A stretch of 64,000 nucleotides of DNA, from positions 1,440-65,439 of the forward strand of contig JBDHTJ010000002.1 in NCBI GenBank assembly GCA_039808585.1, given 5' to 3'. The notes beneath the pieces were generated by a model. It ran no database searches. It had not been told where the DNA came from and saw nothing but the letters and a program-made list of their open reading frames with translations. Positions within the stretch are counted from its first letter, which is position 1. Each line of letters starts with the position of its first letter. A program made the translations under genes and the position numbers. Shown here piece after piece: positions 19,040-28,042 of this stretch. The DNA is from Hyphomicrobiaceae bacterium (lineage in GTDB: Bacteria; Pseudomonadota; Alphaproteobacteria; Rhizobiales; Hyphomicrobiaceae).

Positions 19040-20326
19040 ATGTTTTTCGGGCCGTGGCGGCGCCCCTTGCTTGGGGTTGCAGCCACCATCATCTGGGCGA
19101 GCGCTTTCGCGTCCGACCTCGCGGCGCAGCAGCGCCATGCGGTCGTGCGTCCGCGTCCCGCACCCGAAGCACCGGCAGCCGCCGCTGCCGAACCCACACG
19201 CACCCGTTTCGTCATCGGTCTCGAACAAGAGATCGAGTTCCAGGTCTATTCCCTCACCGACCCGAACCGCGTCTACGTGGAGTTGCCCGAGGTGCGTGTG
19301 CAATTGCCGCCCCCTCCGGGCGACAAGCCGGTCGGCCTCGTCAAGAATTTCCGGGGCGGACTTTCAGCCCCCGGCAAACAGCGCGTCGTCATCGATGTGA
19401 CCGGCCCTGTCATCGTCGACAAGGCGGAGGTGGACAAGGGCCCCGACGGCCAGCCGCGCCTCGTGATCGACATCGTCGAAGTGAGCGCCCAGGTGGCAGC
19501 CGATCTCAAGGCGCAGCACGCCCGCCGCGTTGCCATGCAGCAGAATGCACTCGGACTCGGCGCGGCGGGTCTGCAGCCCCCGCTTCCCCGTCCTGCGATC
19601 TCCCCCCAGGCCCGCGCCCAGCACATGTACAAACCGGTCATCGTCATCGATCCCGGCCACGGCGGTGACGACAGCGGCGCCCAGCGCAACGGCACCGTCG
19701 AGAAGGACGTGGTCCTGGCCTTCAGCCACAAACTGCGTGAGAAGCTCGAGACCTCAGGCCGCTACAAGGTGCTGATGACGCGCACCGATGACACCTTTGT
19801 GGAACTTAATGCGCGGCGCGAATTCGGCGAGAAGAACAAGGCTCAGCTGTTCGTTGCCGTGCATGCAGACTACGCCAACTCCAGCGCCCGCGGCGCCACG
19901 ATCTATTCGCTGAGGCCCGAGGTGGCAGGCATGTTGCAGCGCTCCGCCAAGGGCGACCTCAACGAGGTGAACGCCCTCGACAAGGCCCTTCCCAAGACAG
20001 CCGACGCTGATCTCGGCGCCGTGAAGGAGATCCTCGCCGATCTTTACCGCCGCGAGGTCGACCTCAATCAGGCCCGCACCAACGTGTTCGTGAAATCTGT
20101 CATCGGCCAGATGGGAGCTTCCACGAACCTGAAGGACAACCCCGACCGGCAAGCGGCATTCGTTGTCCTGAAGTCGGCGAAGGTACCCTCGATCCTCATC
20201 GAACTCGGCTACGTCACGAACGAGGCCGACGCCCAGCTCCTGAAGTCCGAGGCCTGGCGCGAGAAGGTATCGACCTCCATCGCCAATGCCATCGAGAACT
20301 ACTTCCAGAACCGCCCCCAGCCTTGA
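19040..20326 (+). CDS. N-acetylmuramoyl-L-alanine amidase (AmiC-like, AMIN + Amidase_3)
   Basis: ATG at 19040 gives the signal-like MFFGPWRRPLLGVAATIIWASAFA. AMIN-like TRFVIGLEQEIEFQVYSLTDPNRVYVELPEV, and amidase core VIVIDPGHGGDDSGA...HADY...VPSILIELGYVTN. The ORF track start at 18707 is rejected. Confidence 0.85.
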   Translation: MFFGPWRRPLLGVAATIIWASAFASDLAAQQRHAVVRPRPAPEAPAAAAAEPTRTRFVIGLEQEIEFQVYSLTDPNRVYVELPEVRVQLPPPPGDKPVGLVKNFRGGLSAPGKQRVVIDVTGPVIVDKAEVDKGPDGQPRLVIDIVEVSAQVAADLKAQHARRVAMQQNALGLGAAGLQPPLPRPAISPQARAQHMYKPVIVIDPGHGGDDSGAQRNGTVEKDVVLAFSHKLREKLETSGRYKVLMTRTDDTFVELNARREFGEKNKAQLFVAVHADYANSSARGATIYSLRPEVAGMLQRSAKGDLNEVNALDKALPKTADADLGAVKEILADLYRREVDLNQARTNVFVKSVIGQMGASTNLKDNPDRQAAFVVLKSAKVPSILIELGYVTNEADAQLLKSEAWREKVSTSIANAIENYFQNRPQP

Positions 20327-20540
20327 ATTCGGGAAACGCACTGGCCGCCGCCATTTCCCATTAACCGCTTCGGCCTCGAAATCAATTCAAACTCGCACTC
20401 CCCCAGGCGCAGGGTGCGCTTCGTAACCAAGCGTCGCCAATCTCGTATACACGGAACAACCCGAAATATAAAACGGCACGGATCAATTCAGTGCATTGGC
20501 GCCGTTTGCCAACACGCCGCCAGCGTGACCGTCCTGCGCT

Positions 20541-20558
20541 TTTGATGGATCCATCAAA
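20541..20558. promoter_or_regulatory. perfect 18-bp palindrome abutting the acyltransferase start codon
   Basis: TTTGATGGATCCATCAAA ends 2 nt before the ATG at 20561 and lies in an AT-richer intergenic region. It may be an operator or a translation-occluding hairpin. Confidence 0.35.
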
Positions 20559-20560
20559 GT

Positions 20561-21658
20561 ATGCGGCTCCTCATCCCTGACGTTCCACGTGGCACGCGTA
20601 AGCCCAACAATTTCGACCTTATCCGCCTTGCAATGGCGCTTCTGGTAGTGTGGTCGCACAGTTTCGCCCTCTACCTCGGCACCGAGGCTTTCGAGCCTAT
20701 CTCCCTACTTTGCAATGGGCTTTACAATAGCGGCAACATTGGCGTGATGGTGTTCTTCATCGTCAGCGGTTTCCTCGTTAGCCAGTCCTACCTACAATCC
20801 GCATCCGCATTCGATTTTATGCGCAAACGCGTGCGCCGCATTTATCCTGGCTACATGGCGGCAACGACGATATGCGCGTTCGTCGTCGTGCCGTTGTTTT
20901 CCACCGTTCGGGACACGTCTTTCATCCAGATCCCGAAAACGATCGCCGCAAACCTGCTCCTCCGAAACTATTTCCCTCCCTCCAATGCCTTTGCCTCAAA
21001 CCCGTATGCGAACACCATCAACGGATCGCTGTGGAGCATACCATTCGAGTTCTGGTGCTACATCGGCGTTGCAGTGCTGGGTATTTCCGGCCTCATCGCA
21101 AAGCGGAGGTTCGTGGTCATCCTCGCCCTCTTCGTTATGGGGACCCGCATTCTGCTCGATATCCTGGACCGAAAGCCGGGTTGGGGCGTGGTCGGCGACA
21201 TCATCGGCTGGCCCTACCTCTGGTTCGTAATCCTACCGAGCTTCCTGCTCGGGATGATCGCCTACCAGTGGAAGCACGTCCTCCCCGCCCGGCCTTACCT
21301 ACTCATCGCCGCCATTGCATCCGCCATTGGCGCCTGCTGGTTGAACAGGCACCTCGCCAACTTCGTTTTCGCCCCGGCGCTTGCGTACGTCACCTTCTAC
21401 GCCGCCTTTAGCGACGTCCGTCCGCTCCAGTCGCTGTTTTCACGCGGTGACTTCAGCTATGGAACGTATCTCTATGCATTCCCTATACAGCAAATTCTTT
21501 TTGCGACCTGGGGCCACGCGTTGAGCTTCCCAATCTTCATCGTACTGTCGATGGCGCTTTCACTGCTCGCAGGCCTGTGCAGCTGGCATGCTGTCGAGAA
21601 GCACTTCATACGGCGCAGTCCTCATGTGCTTTCCGGCCGAAAACTCGCGGGGGTCTAA
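20561..21658 (+). CDS. acyltransferase family 3 membrane protein (OafA/ExoZ-like O-acyltransferase)
   Basis: 365 aa. NNFDLIRLAMALLVVWSHSF, VMVFFIVSGFLVSQSY, FMRKRVRRIYPGY and multiple TM helices are the canonical acyltransferase-3 N-terminal motifs. Confidence 0.85.
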   Translation: MRLLIPDVPRGTRKPNNFDLIRLAMALLVVWSHSFALYLGTEAFEPISLLCNGLYNSGNIGVMVFFIVSGFLVSQSYLQSASAFDFMRKRVRRIYPGYMAATTICAFVVVPLFSTVRDTSFIQIPKTIAANLLLRNYFPPSNAFASNPYANTINGSLWSIPFEFWCYIGVAVLGISGLIAKRRFVVILALFVMGTRILLDILDRKPGWGVVGDIIGWPYLWFVILPSFLLGMIAYQWKHVLPARPYLLIAAIASAIGACWLNRHLANFVFAPALAYVTFYAAFSDVRPLQSLFSRGDFSYGTYLYAFPIQQILFATWGHALSFPIFIVLSMALSLLAGLCSWHAVEKHFIRRSPHVLSGRKLAGV

Positions 21659-21743
21659 CGGATTTGCATGCAGTAGTTGCAATGTAAACGACGGCAGTGC
21701 CGTTGCAGAACCGGGAGCTTGCAGGTCCGGCAGATGAAGCACA

Positions 21744-22010
21744 TGCAATATCGGGCTTTTCTGATTTTGATTGGTTGCGCTTCGTCCTTGCCTCTGTTGT
21801 CGCTCTGGCTCACGCCTCGGTAATCGGCTGGAGCCCCGCGGGCGATGTCGCTGTCAGGTCTTCTTCCCGTTGAGCGGCATTCTCTTTGGCCGCATTCTCC
21901 TGCCGAGGAAGTGAAGCGATCTGCCTGAACTCTTCTCTATGCGTGCGACGCGCATTCGGATCCCATATTTGCGGCCGTCATCGCGCTCTATGGCCTGAGC
22001 ATGCAGTGTG
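21744..22010 (+). pseudogene. decayed N-terminal fragment of a second acyltransferase-3 gene
   Basis: Read across about 2 frame breaks: FDWLRFVLASVVALAHA / VQVFFPLSGILFGRILL / LPELFSMRATRIRIPY. These mirror the FDLIRLAMALLVVWSHS / VMVFFIVSGFLV / FMRKRVRRIYPGY motifs of the intact neighbour. In-frame stops are present and there is no C-terminal half. Confidence 0.5.
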
Positions 22011-22093
22011 GGCCCATGACGTTACGTTGGCTCGAGTTCCTGCTCTACGACACGCTAGGTCCTTTGAACCGCAACCCGGTGCGGTAAAACAAA

Positions 22094-22125
22094 AAGGGCC
22101 GGCTCCGGTTCCGGAGCCAACCCTT
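22094..22125. terminator. GC-rich hairpin (possible bidirectional terminator)
   Basis: AAGGGccGGCTCCGG-TT-CCGGAGCCaaCCCTT, flanked by an A-run on the left and GTTTCC on the right. Confidence 0.4.
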
Positions 22126-22169
22126 GTTTCCTGGCCGGCTAGGTCGCACCCTTCGCCGGCAGTGCCGGA

Positions 22170-22566
22170 TCAGAGCTTACTTGGAGGACGGTGACGTTGG
22201 TTTTCTCGCCAGAGGAGCACCCATTTCCAGTCAGCTTGGAGCTTCAGGTCCGCGCAAAATTGATCGGAGCCCGGACTAACAAGACCACACCGTTGATAGA
22301 GGCGCTTCATGTGCCACTCCATCTCCAGAGAGATTGCCACGCCAATTGCGTTGGGCTTCGCCTCCAATGCCGTTTCCGACAATGACGAGCAGCCCGGACC
22401 ATTGCTGGGCCAGGCTATGCTTGAGGCAAGCTGCAACTGATTGAGCACGGCGGTTCAGGACAGGGTCCGCGGGGAGAGTTGCGGAGACAAATCCGAAGGC
22501 TTCCGTCGGCGGCCCTGTCCAAGCCCGCCTCACCTTCGGTAATTCTGGACAGCCTGAGTTAGACAT
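22170..22566 (-). mobile_element. degenerate transposase remnant, integrase-core (rve, IS3-like) C-terminal part
   Basis: Two overlapping out-of-frame minus ORFs. ...WPSNGPGCSS...IGVAISL... and a tail ...WRENQRHRPPSKL resemble the HSDNGPEF...W..YN..RPHSSL end of rve transposases. Adjacent to the truncated acyltransferase. By-eye call only. Confidence 0.4.
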
Positions 22567-22776
22567 GCCCTCGCTCAGATGCGCGCTCCGTATTCGAGCC
22601 GCGACGTCTGACGCTCACATAAGATTCCGATAACAGTGTTCGCCAGTTTCGTTAAGAACGAATTAACGTCGGCAACGATCCTGCATCCAGGCCGACGCAA
22701 GCTTGCACCACAGGCCGCAAAGTGCAGCACGCGCGTGCACGCTTGCCCAATGCGAAGGCGGTGGCCGCCCCGCTTC

Positions 22777-23661
22777 TCAGCGCGGCACGATCAACTGCAA
22801 TGCGTCGGTGGCGGCCTCCACCCGCAGCGGCGTAGTTCCAAAAACATCTCCGTCGAGTTGCGTCGCCACGGGCGTGCCTGACGTGACCGTCACTGTGCGG
22901 CATGGCAGGATCTGGATGTCGCCAGGGTCTGCACATCTCGCTGCCATCCGCCCAAGCGCCAGCGCCGTCATCTGCTGCGCAAGCTGCACGCGGCTTCTTG
23001 CATGGAACAGCACGACCTGCAGCTCTGGCCGTGTCACATGCGTCTGCGGCGCCAGCATGAAGCGGCCGCCATAGTGCGCCGCGTTCGTCACGATCACCCA
23101 GGCCGCCGCATGCTTCACCCCATCGATATCGACAGTTAGCATGTCGACTGGATGCGAAAGGGCGCGCAGGATTGCCGGGGCGTAGGCCATTCGGCCAGCC
23201 CGTGCTTTCAGGCGCTCGTCGAGGGCCGCGACTATACGTGCGTCGACACCGACACCGGCCATCAGAAGGAAAGGCTCGCCGTTTGCGCGGGCGACGTTTG
23301 CAGTCACGACCGGGCCGGATAGGAGCATCTCTGCAATATCTTCTGCCCGGGCACGCAAGCCGATTTCGTGCGCAAGCACGTTTCCAGTGCCCATGGGGAT
23401 GATGCCAAGCGGCATCGACGTGCCGATAAGGCCCGCCGCAACATGCCGTATGGTGCCATCGCCGCCCGAAGCCACGATGGCGTCATAAGCACCCGAGCTG
23501 GCGGCCAGGCAGGCAGCTTCGCGGGCCTCGGCGACCGTGGCGGGCCAGGTCTCTTCCACGCTGGCACCACAATTGCGCAGCTGAGCAACAACAGCTTCGG
23601 CGAGCGATGACGTTCGTCGGCCAGCCCGAACGTTGAGCAAAAATAGAAAACGGTGGCGCAT
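22777..23661 (-). CDS. diacylglycerol/lipid kinase family protein (YegS/BmrU-like)
   Basis: ATG at 23661 (MRHRFLFLLNVRAGR). DAGK catalytic motifs are YDAIVASGGDGTIRHV and PLGIIPMGTGNVLAHEIG. Confidence 0.85.
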   Translation of the reverse strand: MRHRFLFLLNVRAGRRTSSLAEAVVAQLRNCGASVEETWPATVAEAREAACLAASSGAYDAIVASGGDGTIRHVAAGLIGTSMPLGIIPMGTGNVLAHEIGLRARAEDIAEMLLSGPVVTANVARANGEPFLLMAGVGVDARIVAALDERLKARAGRMAYAPAILRALSHPVDMLTVDIDGVKHAAAWVIVTNAAHYGGRFMLAPQTHVTRPELQVVLFHARSRVQLAQQMTALALGRMAARCADPGDIQILPCRTVTVTSGTPVATQLDGDVFGTTPLRVEAATDALQLIVPR

Positions 23662-23793
23662 CAGTCCCCGGCGAGTCGAGGCCCAAGCCTCTAACACACC
23701 GTTGCCTACGACAAGAGCCTCACTGAAGGCAGAAAGCTACCCAAAGAAGAATTTTGTTGCGCCGCAACGGAGGTTATGCAACATTTCTAAAAC

Positions 23794-23991
23794 TTGATGG
23801 CAAGACCATGGATTTTTCCAATGTACCGATTGATGCTTTCTGCTTCGGCTTTCCTGGCGCTTCATGGCACAGCGTTTGCGGGGCACCATCACCATATCCG
23901 GGCGCCCGAAATAGACGGTCCTGCAGGTATCGCAGCGGTTGCCGTGCTTGCAGCTCTGGCCCTTCGGGCCTATGAGAATCGGAAGCAGTAA
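23794..23991 (+). CDS. tiny secreted protein: signal peptide + His4 + VPEID-CTERM-like sorting tail
   Basis: 65 aa. Signal peptide ...LMLSASAFLALHGTAFA|G, then HHHH, then APEIDGP + hydrophobic helix AGIAAVAVLAALAL + basic end RAYENRKQ. Followed by a strong terminator. An alternative start is at 23821. Confidence 0.55.
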   Translation: MMARPWIFPMYRLMLSASAFLALHGTAFAGHHHHIRAPEIDGPAGIAAVAVLAALALRAYENRKQ

Positions 23992-24025
23992 ACCAGTTCC
24001 AAGCAGGTTTAACCCCTCGGGTGGT

Positions 24026-24056
24026 GGTTCAGGTGCGCGCACCTGAACCCGCTTTT
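24026..24056 (+). terminator. rho-independent terminator (24-bp perfect palindrome + T-run)
   Basis: GGTTCAGGTGCG|CGCACCTGAACC followed by CGCTTTTG, 35 nt after the small ORF stop. Overlaps the last codons of the convergent rpoH. Confidence 0.55.
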
Positions 24057-24934
24057 GCATCAATCCGCTGTGCGGACTTCTGCACGGCCGCCTGCACCTT
24101 CTCGAAGGCGCGCACCTCGATCTGGCGGATCCGCTCACGCGATACGCCGAACTCCGCGGAAAGATCCTCCAGCGTGGCCGGCTCCTCGGCCAAGCGGCGC
24201 GCCTCGAAGATGCGACGCTCGCGATCGTTCAGCGTATCCATGGCGCGGGCGAGATAACCCTTGCGCAGGCCGAGTTCCTCGCTCTGGACGAGCCGCTCTT
24301 CCTGATCGGGCGTTTCATCGACGAGCCAATCCTGCCACTCGCCACTGCCCTCGGTTTCTGCGCGGACGGGCGCATTCAAAGACGCATCACCGCCCAGGCG
24401 ACGGTTCATCGAAATGACGTCTTCCTCAGGCACGCCGAGCTTGGTCGCGATCTGCTTGACCTGATCGGGGCGAAGGTCGCCTTCCTCCAGGGCCTTGATC
24501 TGCCCCTTCATGCGGCGCAGGTTGAAGAACAACTTCTTCTGCGCGGCCGTCGTGCCCATCTTCACGAGGCTCCACGACCGCAGGATGTACTCCTGGATCG
24601 AGGCCCGGATCCACCACATGGCGTAAGTCGCCAGACGGAAGCCCTTATCAGGCTCGAACCGCTTCACCGCCTGCATCAGGCCGACGTTGCCCTCGGAGAT
24701 GACCTCGCCAATCGGCAGGCCGTAGCCGCGGTAGCCCATGGCGATGCGCGTGACGAGCCGAAGATGCGAGGTGACGAGCTTGTGCGCGGCTTCCTGGTCG
24801 CCGTGCTGCTGCCAGGCCTTGGCCAGCATGTACTCCTCGTTCGGTTCCAGCATGGGGAACCGACGGATTTCCTCCAGGTAGCGCGCCAAGCCACCGGAGC
24901 CTGCAGCTATTGAGGGAAGTGCCTTCGTTGCCAT
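24029..24934 (-). CDS. rpoH: RNA polymerase sigma-32 (heat-shock) factor RpoH
   Basis: ATG at 24934 (MATKALPS). LARYLEEIRRFPMLEPNEEYMLA, TSHLRLV, and the RpoH box AAQKKLFFNLRRMKGQI. Region 4 is RERRIFEARRLAEEPATLEDLSAEFGVSRERIRQIE. Confidence 0.92.
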   Translation of the reverse strand: MATKALPSIAAGSGGLARYLEEIRRFPMLEPNEEYMLAKAWQQHGDQEAAHKLVTSHLRLVTRIAMGYRGYGLPIGEVISEGNVGLMQAVKRFEPDKGFRLATYAMWWIRASIQEYILRSWSLVKMGTTAAQKKLFFNLRRMKGQIKALEEGDLRPDQVKQIATKLGVPEEDVISMNRRLGGDASLNAPVRAETEGSGEWQDWLVDETPDQEERLVQSEELGLRKGYLARAMDTLNDRERRIFEARRLAEEPATLEDLSAEFGVSRERIRQIEVRAFEKVQAAVQKSAQRIDAKAGSGART

Positions 24935-25256
24935 CTTCGTCCCAGCCGGAGGCCGAACCTCCGTCTGCTCCCAGGTTGCGTCGAGTTTAGCACAGGAGGG
25001 ACGTTTGCACCCCCTCACAGGCCCTCGCGATACCTCACACGTAGCGTGCGCCCGTACTCACCGGCAAACCACTTTGGTGTGTATTGCCACTCACGCCCGA
25101 TCACGGCCGCGTTGATAAAACGAACGGAGAAATAAGGAATGGCTGCGACCTAACAACCCACTGTCCAGCCTTAAATATCTGTAATGTTGCAAGCTTCGTC
25201 CAGCCCCTGCGGCACAAGCCGCCAGGGAGCATACTGGGCCGCACGCCAGCCTCCAA

Positions 25257-26336
25257 TCAGCACCGCTTTCGGGTGGCTTTGGAAGGGCCGTTGCCGCCCT
25301 CTTTACCGGATCCGCCCGAGGCCGCAGAAGACTGCCGCAAAGCCGCCTCCAGCGCCTCCATGTCGGCCGGGAGTGGCGACACGAACCGCAAGTGCTTGCC
25401 CGTACGCGGATGATCAAAGGCCAGCAGCGCGGCATGTAGCGCCTGTCGCTTCAGCGCCGCCAGCGCCTCCTGGGCGCGAATCGGCAGAAGATTGGCGCTC
25501 GCCTTGTAGCCTGCGCCGTAGGTCGCATCTCCGAGAAGCGGGTGCCCCAGATGGGCCAGATGCACACGCACCTGGTGCGTCCGGCCGGTTTCGAGCGTCA
25601 CGGCAACTTCACTCGCAACCGCCCCGCACTTTCCTGCGCGCGGCACACTGGAAAAAACCTCACGCACTTCGTAGTGGGTCACTGCGCGTCGCCCAGCCGC
25701 TTCCGCCACGACAGCCATCTTTGTCCGGTTATGGCTGCTCCGCCCGATAGGCGCGTCGATGACACCGCGCGCCCGTTCGGGCACGCCCCAGACGATGGCG
25801 CGATACCCCCGCTCCAGGCGTCCATCCGCGCCATGCGAAGCAAATTGCGCCGCCAGCGACTGATGCGCCCGGTCCGTCTTGGCGACGACCATGAGGCCCG
25901 TCGTGTCCTTGTCGAGCCGATGCACGATCCCTGGCCTGCGCACGCCTCCGATCCCGGACAGGCTCGCTCCGCAATGCGCAATCAGCGCGTTCACGAGCGT
26001 TCCGCTCGCATGCCCTGGTGCTGGATGCACCGTGAGCCCTGCGGGCTTGTCGATTACGATAACGTCGTCGTCCTCGTAGACGATCGAAAGCGGGATGCTC
26101 TCACCTTCCGGCTCGGCGGCCGCAGGCGCCGGCACGATGACGATGTAACGTTCACCGGCTCTCGCTTTTCGGCCGTGATCGGTGACGACGTCTCGCCCAT
26201 CGCTCACGTTTCCCGACTTGATCAGCGCCTGAATGCGGGCCCGGCTCAGAACGGGCAGGCGGCGGGCCAGAAGCTTGTCGAGCCGCTCCCCCGCCTCATC
26301 CTGGCTAACGCTGACCTCCTCGACGTCCGCCTGCAT
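25257..26336 (-). CDS. rluD: RluA-family 23S rRNA pseudouridine synthase (RluD-like)
   Basis: S4 domain ERLDKLLARRLPVLSRARIQALIKSG, catalytic HRLDKDTTGLMVVAK, and HQVRVHLAHLGHPLLGD. Has a ~40 aa low-complexity C-terminal tail. Confidence 0.9.
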   Translation of the reverse strand: MQADVEEVSVSQDEAGERLDKLLARRLPVLSRARIQALIKSGNVSDGRDVVTDHGRKARAGERYIVIVPAPAAAEPEGESIPLSIVYEDDDVIVIDKPAGLTVHPAPGHASGTLVNALIAHCGASLSGIGGVRRPGIVHRLDKDTTGLMVVAKTDRAHQSLAAQFASHGADGRLERGYRAIVWGVPERARGVIDAPIGRSSHNRTKMAVVAEAAGRRAVTHYEVREVFSSVPRAGKCGAVASEVAVTLETGRTHQVRVHLAHLGHPLLGDATYGAGYKASANLLPIRAQEALAALKRQALHAALLAFDHPRTGKHLRFVSPLPADMEALEAALRQSSAASGGSGKEGGNGPSKATRKRC

Positions 26337-26352
26337 CTGCTTGCGCGTTCTT

Positions 26353-27144
26353 CTAGCGCCCTTTCCAGTTCGGCTTGCGCTTCTCGGCGAAGGCCTTGGG
26401 GCCCTCTACCGTGTCTTCGCTGGCGGCCATGGCGAGGAACGCCGGGTAGTTCGGGTTCCGCGCTGCCATCTCGAGTGCCGGCACGTCCAGCGAGCGCATC
26501 ACGACCTGCTTCGTCGCCCGGATGCTCATCGGCGAGCATTCCAATATCTGCCCGGCCCATCGGCGCGCTTCGGCCATCAGATCCTTGTGTGGCACCACCG
26601 CGGTCACGAACCCCAACTCGTAGCCCTCCTGCGCCGACACGTGCCGCCCCGTCAGCATCATCCCCATCGCCTTCTTGAGCGGAATCTGGCGCGACAGCCG
26701 CTGCATGCCGCCGGCCGCGGCCGCCAAGCCGACCCTTGGCTCGGGCAGGGCGAATTTCGCCTGATCCGACGCAATGAGGAGGTCGCAGGCCAGCGCGATC
26801 TCGAAGCCACCGCCCATCGCAACGCCGTTCACCGCAGCGATCACTGGCTTGTCGAGATCGAAGCGCCCCGTGAGCCCCCCGAACCCCTTCGGCACCATGG
26901 GCGGCCGCACGCCATTCTTGGCCTGATAGTCGGCGTGGTACTTGAGGTCATTTCCCGCCGAGAAGGCTTTGTCGCCCGCCCCGGTGATGATCGCAACCCA
27001 CAGCTCGGGATCTGCAGCGAAGCGGTCGAAGACGTCGGCGAGTTCCTGGTTGGCGATGTGATGCAGCGCGTTGTACACCTCCGGCCGGTTGATCGTGACG
27101 ATCATGAGCCGACCGTCTGTCTCGACCTTGCTGAACTCTCCCAT
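26353..27144 (-). CDS. enoyl-CoA hydratase/carnitinyl-CoA dehydratase-like crotonase family protein
   Basis: ATG at 27144 (MGEFSKVETDGRLMIVTINRPEVYNAL). GAGDKAFSAGNDLK and AAVNGVAMGGGFEIALACD. The ORF track start at 27351 is rejected. Confidence 0.85.
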   Translation of the reverse strand: MGEFSKVETDGRLMIVTINRPEVYNALHHIANQELADVFDRFAADPELWVAIITGAGDKAFSAGNDLKYHADYQAKNGVRPPMVPKGFGGLTGRFDLDKPVIAAVNGVAMGGGFEIALACDLLIASDQAKFALPEPRVGLAAAAGGMQRLSRQIPLKKAMGMMLTGRHVSAQEGYELGFVTAVVPHKDLMAEARRWAGQILECSPMSIRATKQVVMRSLDVPALEMAARNPNYPAFLAMAASEDTVEGPKAFAEKRKPNWKGR

Positions 27145-27356
27145 CAGCCTTCCTCCTGTCAGTTTCCGCTTTAATTTTCTGAATTGCATCAGCATTGGCA
27201 CCGGAGCGCGGCGCCAGTGACCACGCCAAGCTACCTTATGCCTACGCCTGCCGCGACCCCCGGGATCGCAGTGATGCCTGTCAGGCCCGACGCGTGCGCC
27301 CCGCTTCACCTGAGTGTCTGCAAGTGACAGAGCCCATCGCGGGCGCAACAATTTTC

Positions 27357-27902
27357 TCAGTGGCCGTGACCGTGCTTCTGGGGCGCCGCAGCCTTCCCGT
27401 CACGGGATGTGGCGCCAAGGGGCGCAACGAGATACTCCACCTCAACTGTGCCGGCTTTCTCGAAGACGAGGGTTCCCTTGATGGATTGCCCGGCCTTCAA
27501 TCCCTCCTTGAGATCCATGAACATGAGGTGATAGCCGCCGGGCTTCAGCTCGATCGTGCCGCCGGGCTTGATCTCCAGGCCATCGACCCGTTGCATCTTC
27601 ATGACGTTGTCCGCCATGCTCATCTCGTGCACCTCGACGGCGCCGGCCAGCGGAAAGGTGCCGCCGACGAGGCGATCCGGCGCGCTGCCCGTGTTTGTGA
27701 TCTTGACGTAGGCGCCCGCAACCTTGGCCCCACCAGGCGTGGCACGCGTCCACGCAGCGGATATCAAAAGCGCGCCAACCTTCACCTCGCCGCCGGGGGA
27801 TTTCGCATTTTTTGCGGCAACTTGCGCCCGCACCGTTTCGACTACTGCAGGCTGCAGCAGGAGAGAGCTTGCCAAAACGAGGGCGACTGCATGGGCGCGC
27901 AT
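27357..27902 (-). CDS. periplasmic copper chaperone PCu(A)C
   Basis: ATG at 27902. Signal peptide MRAHAVALVLASSLLL, then AGAYVKITNTGSAPDRLVG...VEVHEMSMADNVMKMQ...GGYHLMFMDL (H-x-M ... M ... H-x-M copper motif). His-rich C-terminus HGHGH. Confidence 0.85.
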   Translation of the reverse strand: MRAHAVALVLASSLLLQPAVVETVRAQVAAKNAKSPGGEVKVGALLISAAWTRATPGGAKVAGAYVKITNTGSAPDRLVGGTFPLAGAVEVHEMSMADNVMKMQRVDGLEIKPGGTIELKPGGYHLMFMDLKEGLKAGQSIKGTLVFEKAGTVEVEYLVAPLGATSRDGKAAAPQKHGHGH

Positions 27903-28042
27903 CCGAAACCTCTTTGTCAGGTTCTGGTCTTCGACCCGAATTTGGGCCGCGGGACTTATAGCCCCTGCGCGACGCGAAGCGAAGAGTTCTCGGCGCGGCT
28001 TTGAGGCCGAACAGAAGCGTGCCTTTCGTGCACGCCTGGCGC

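Noticed and set aside
23737-24138. 133-aa minus ORF overlapping the mini-protein gene and the rpoH 3' end
   Set aside because: It is Cys/Arg-rich, with no signal or motif. It spans the terminator palindrome and overlaps two better-supported genes.
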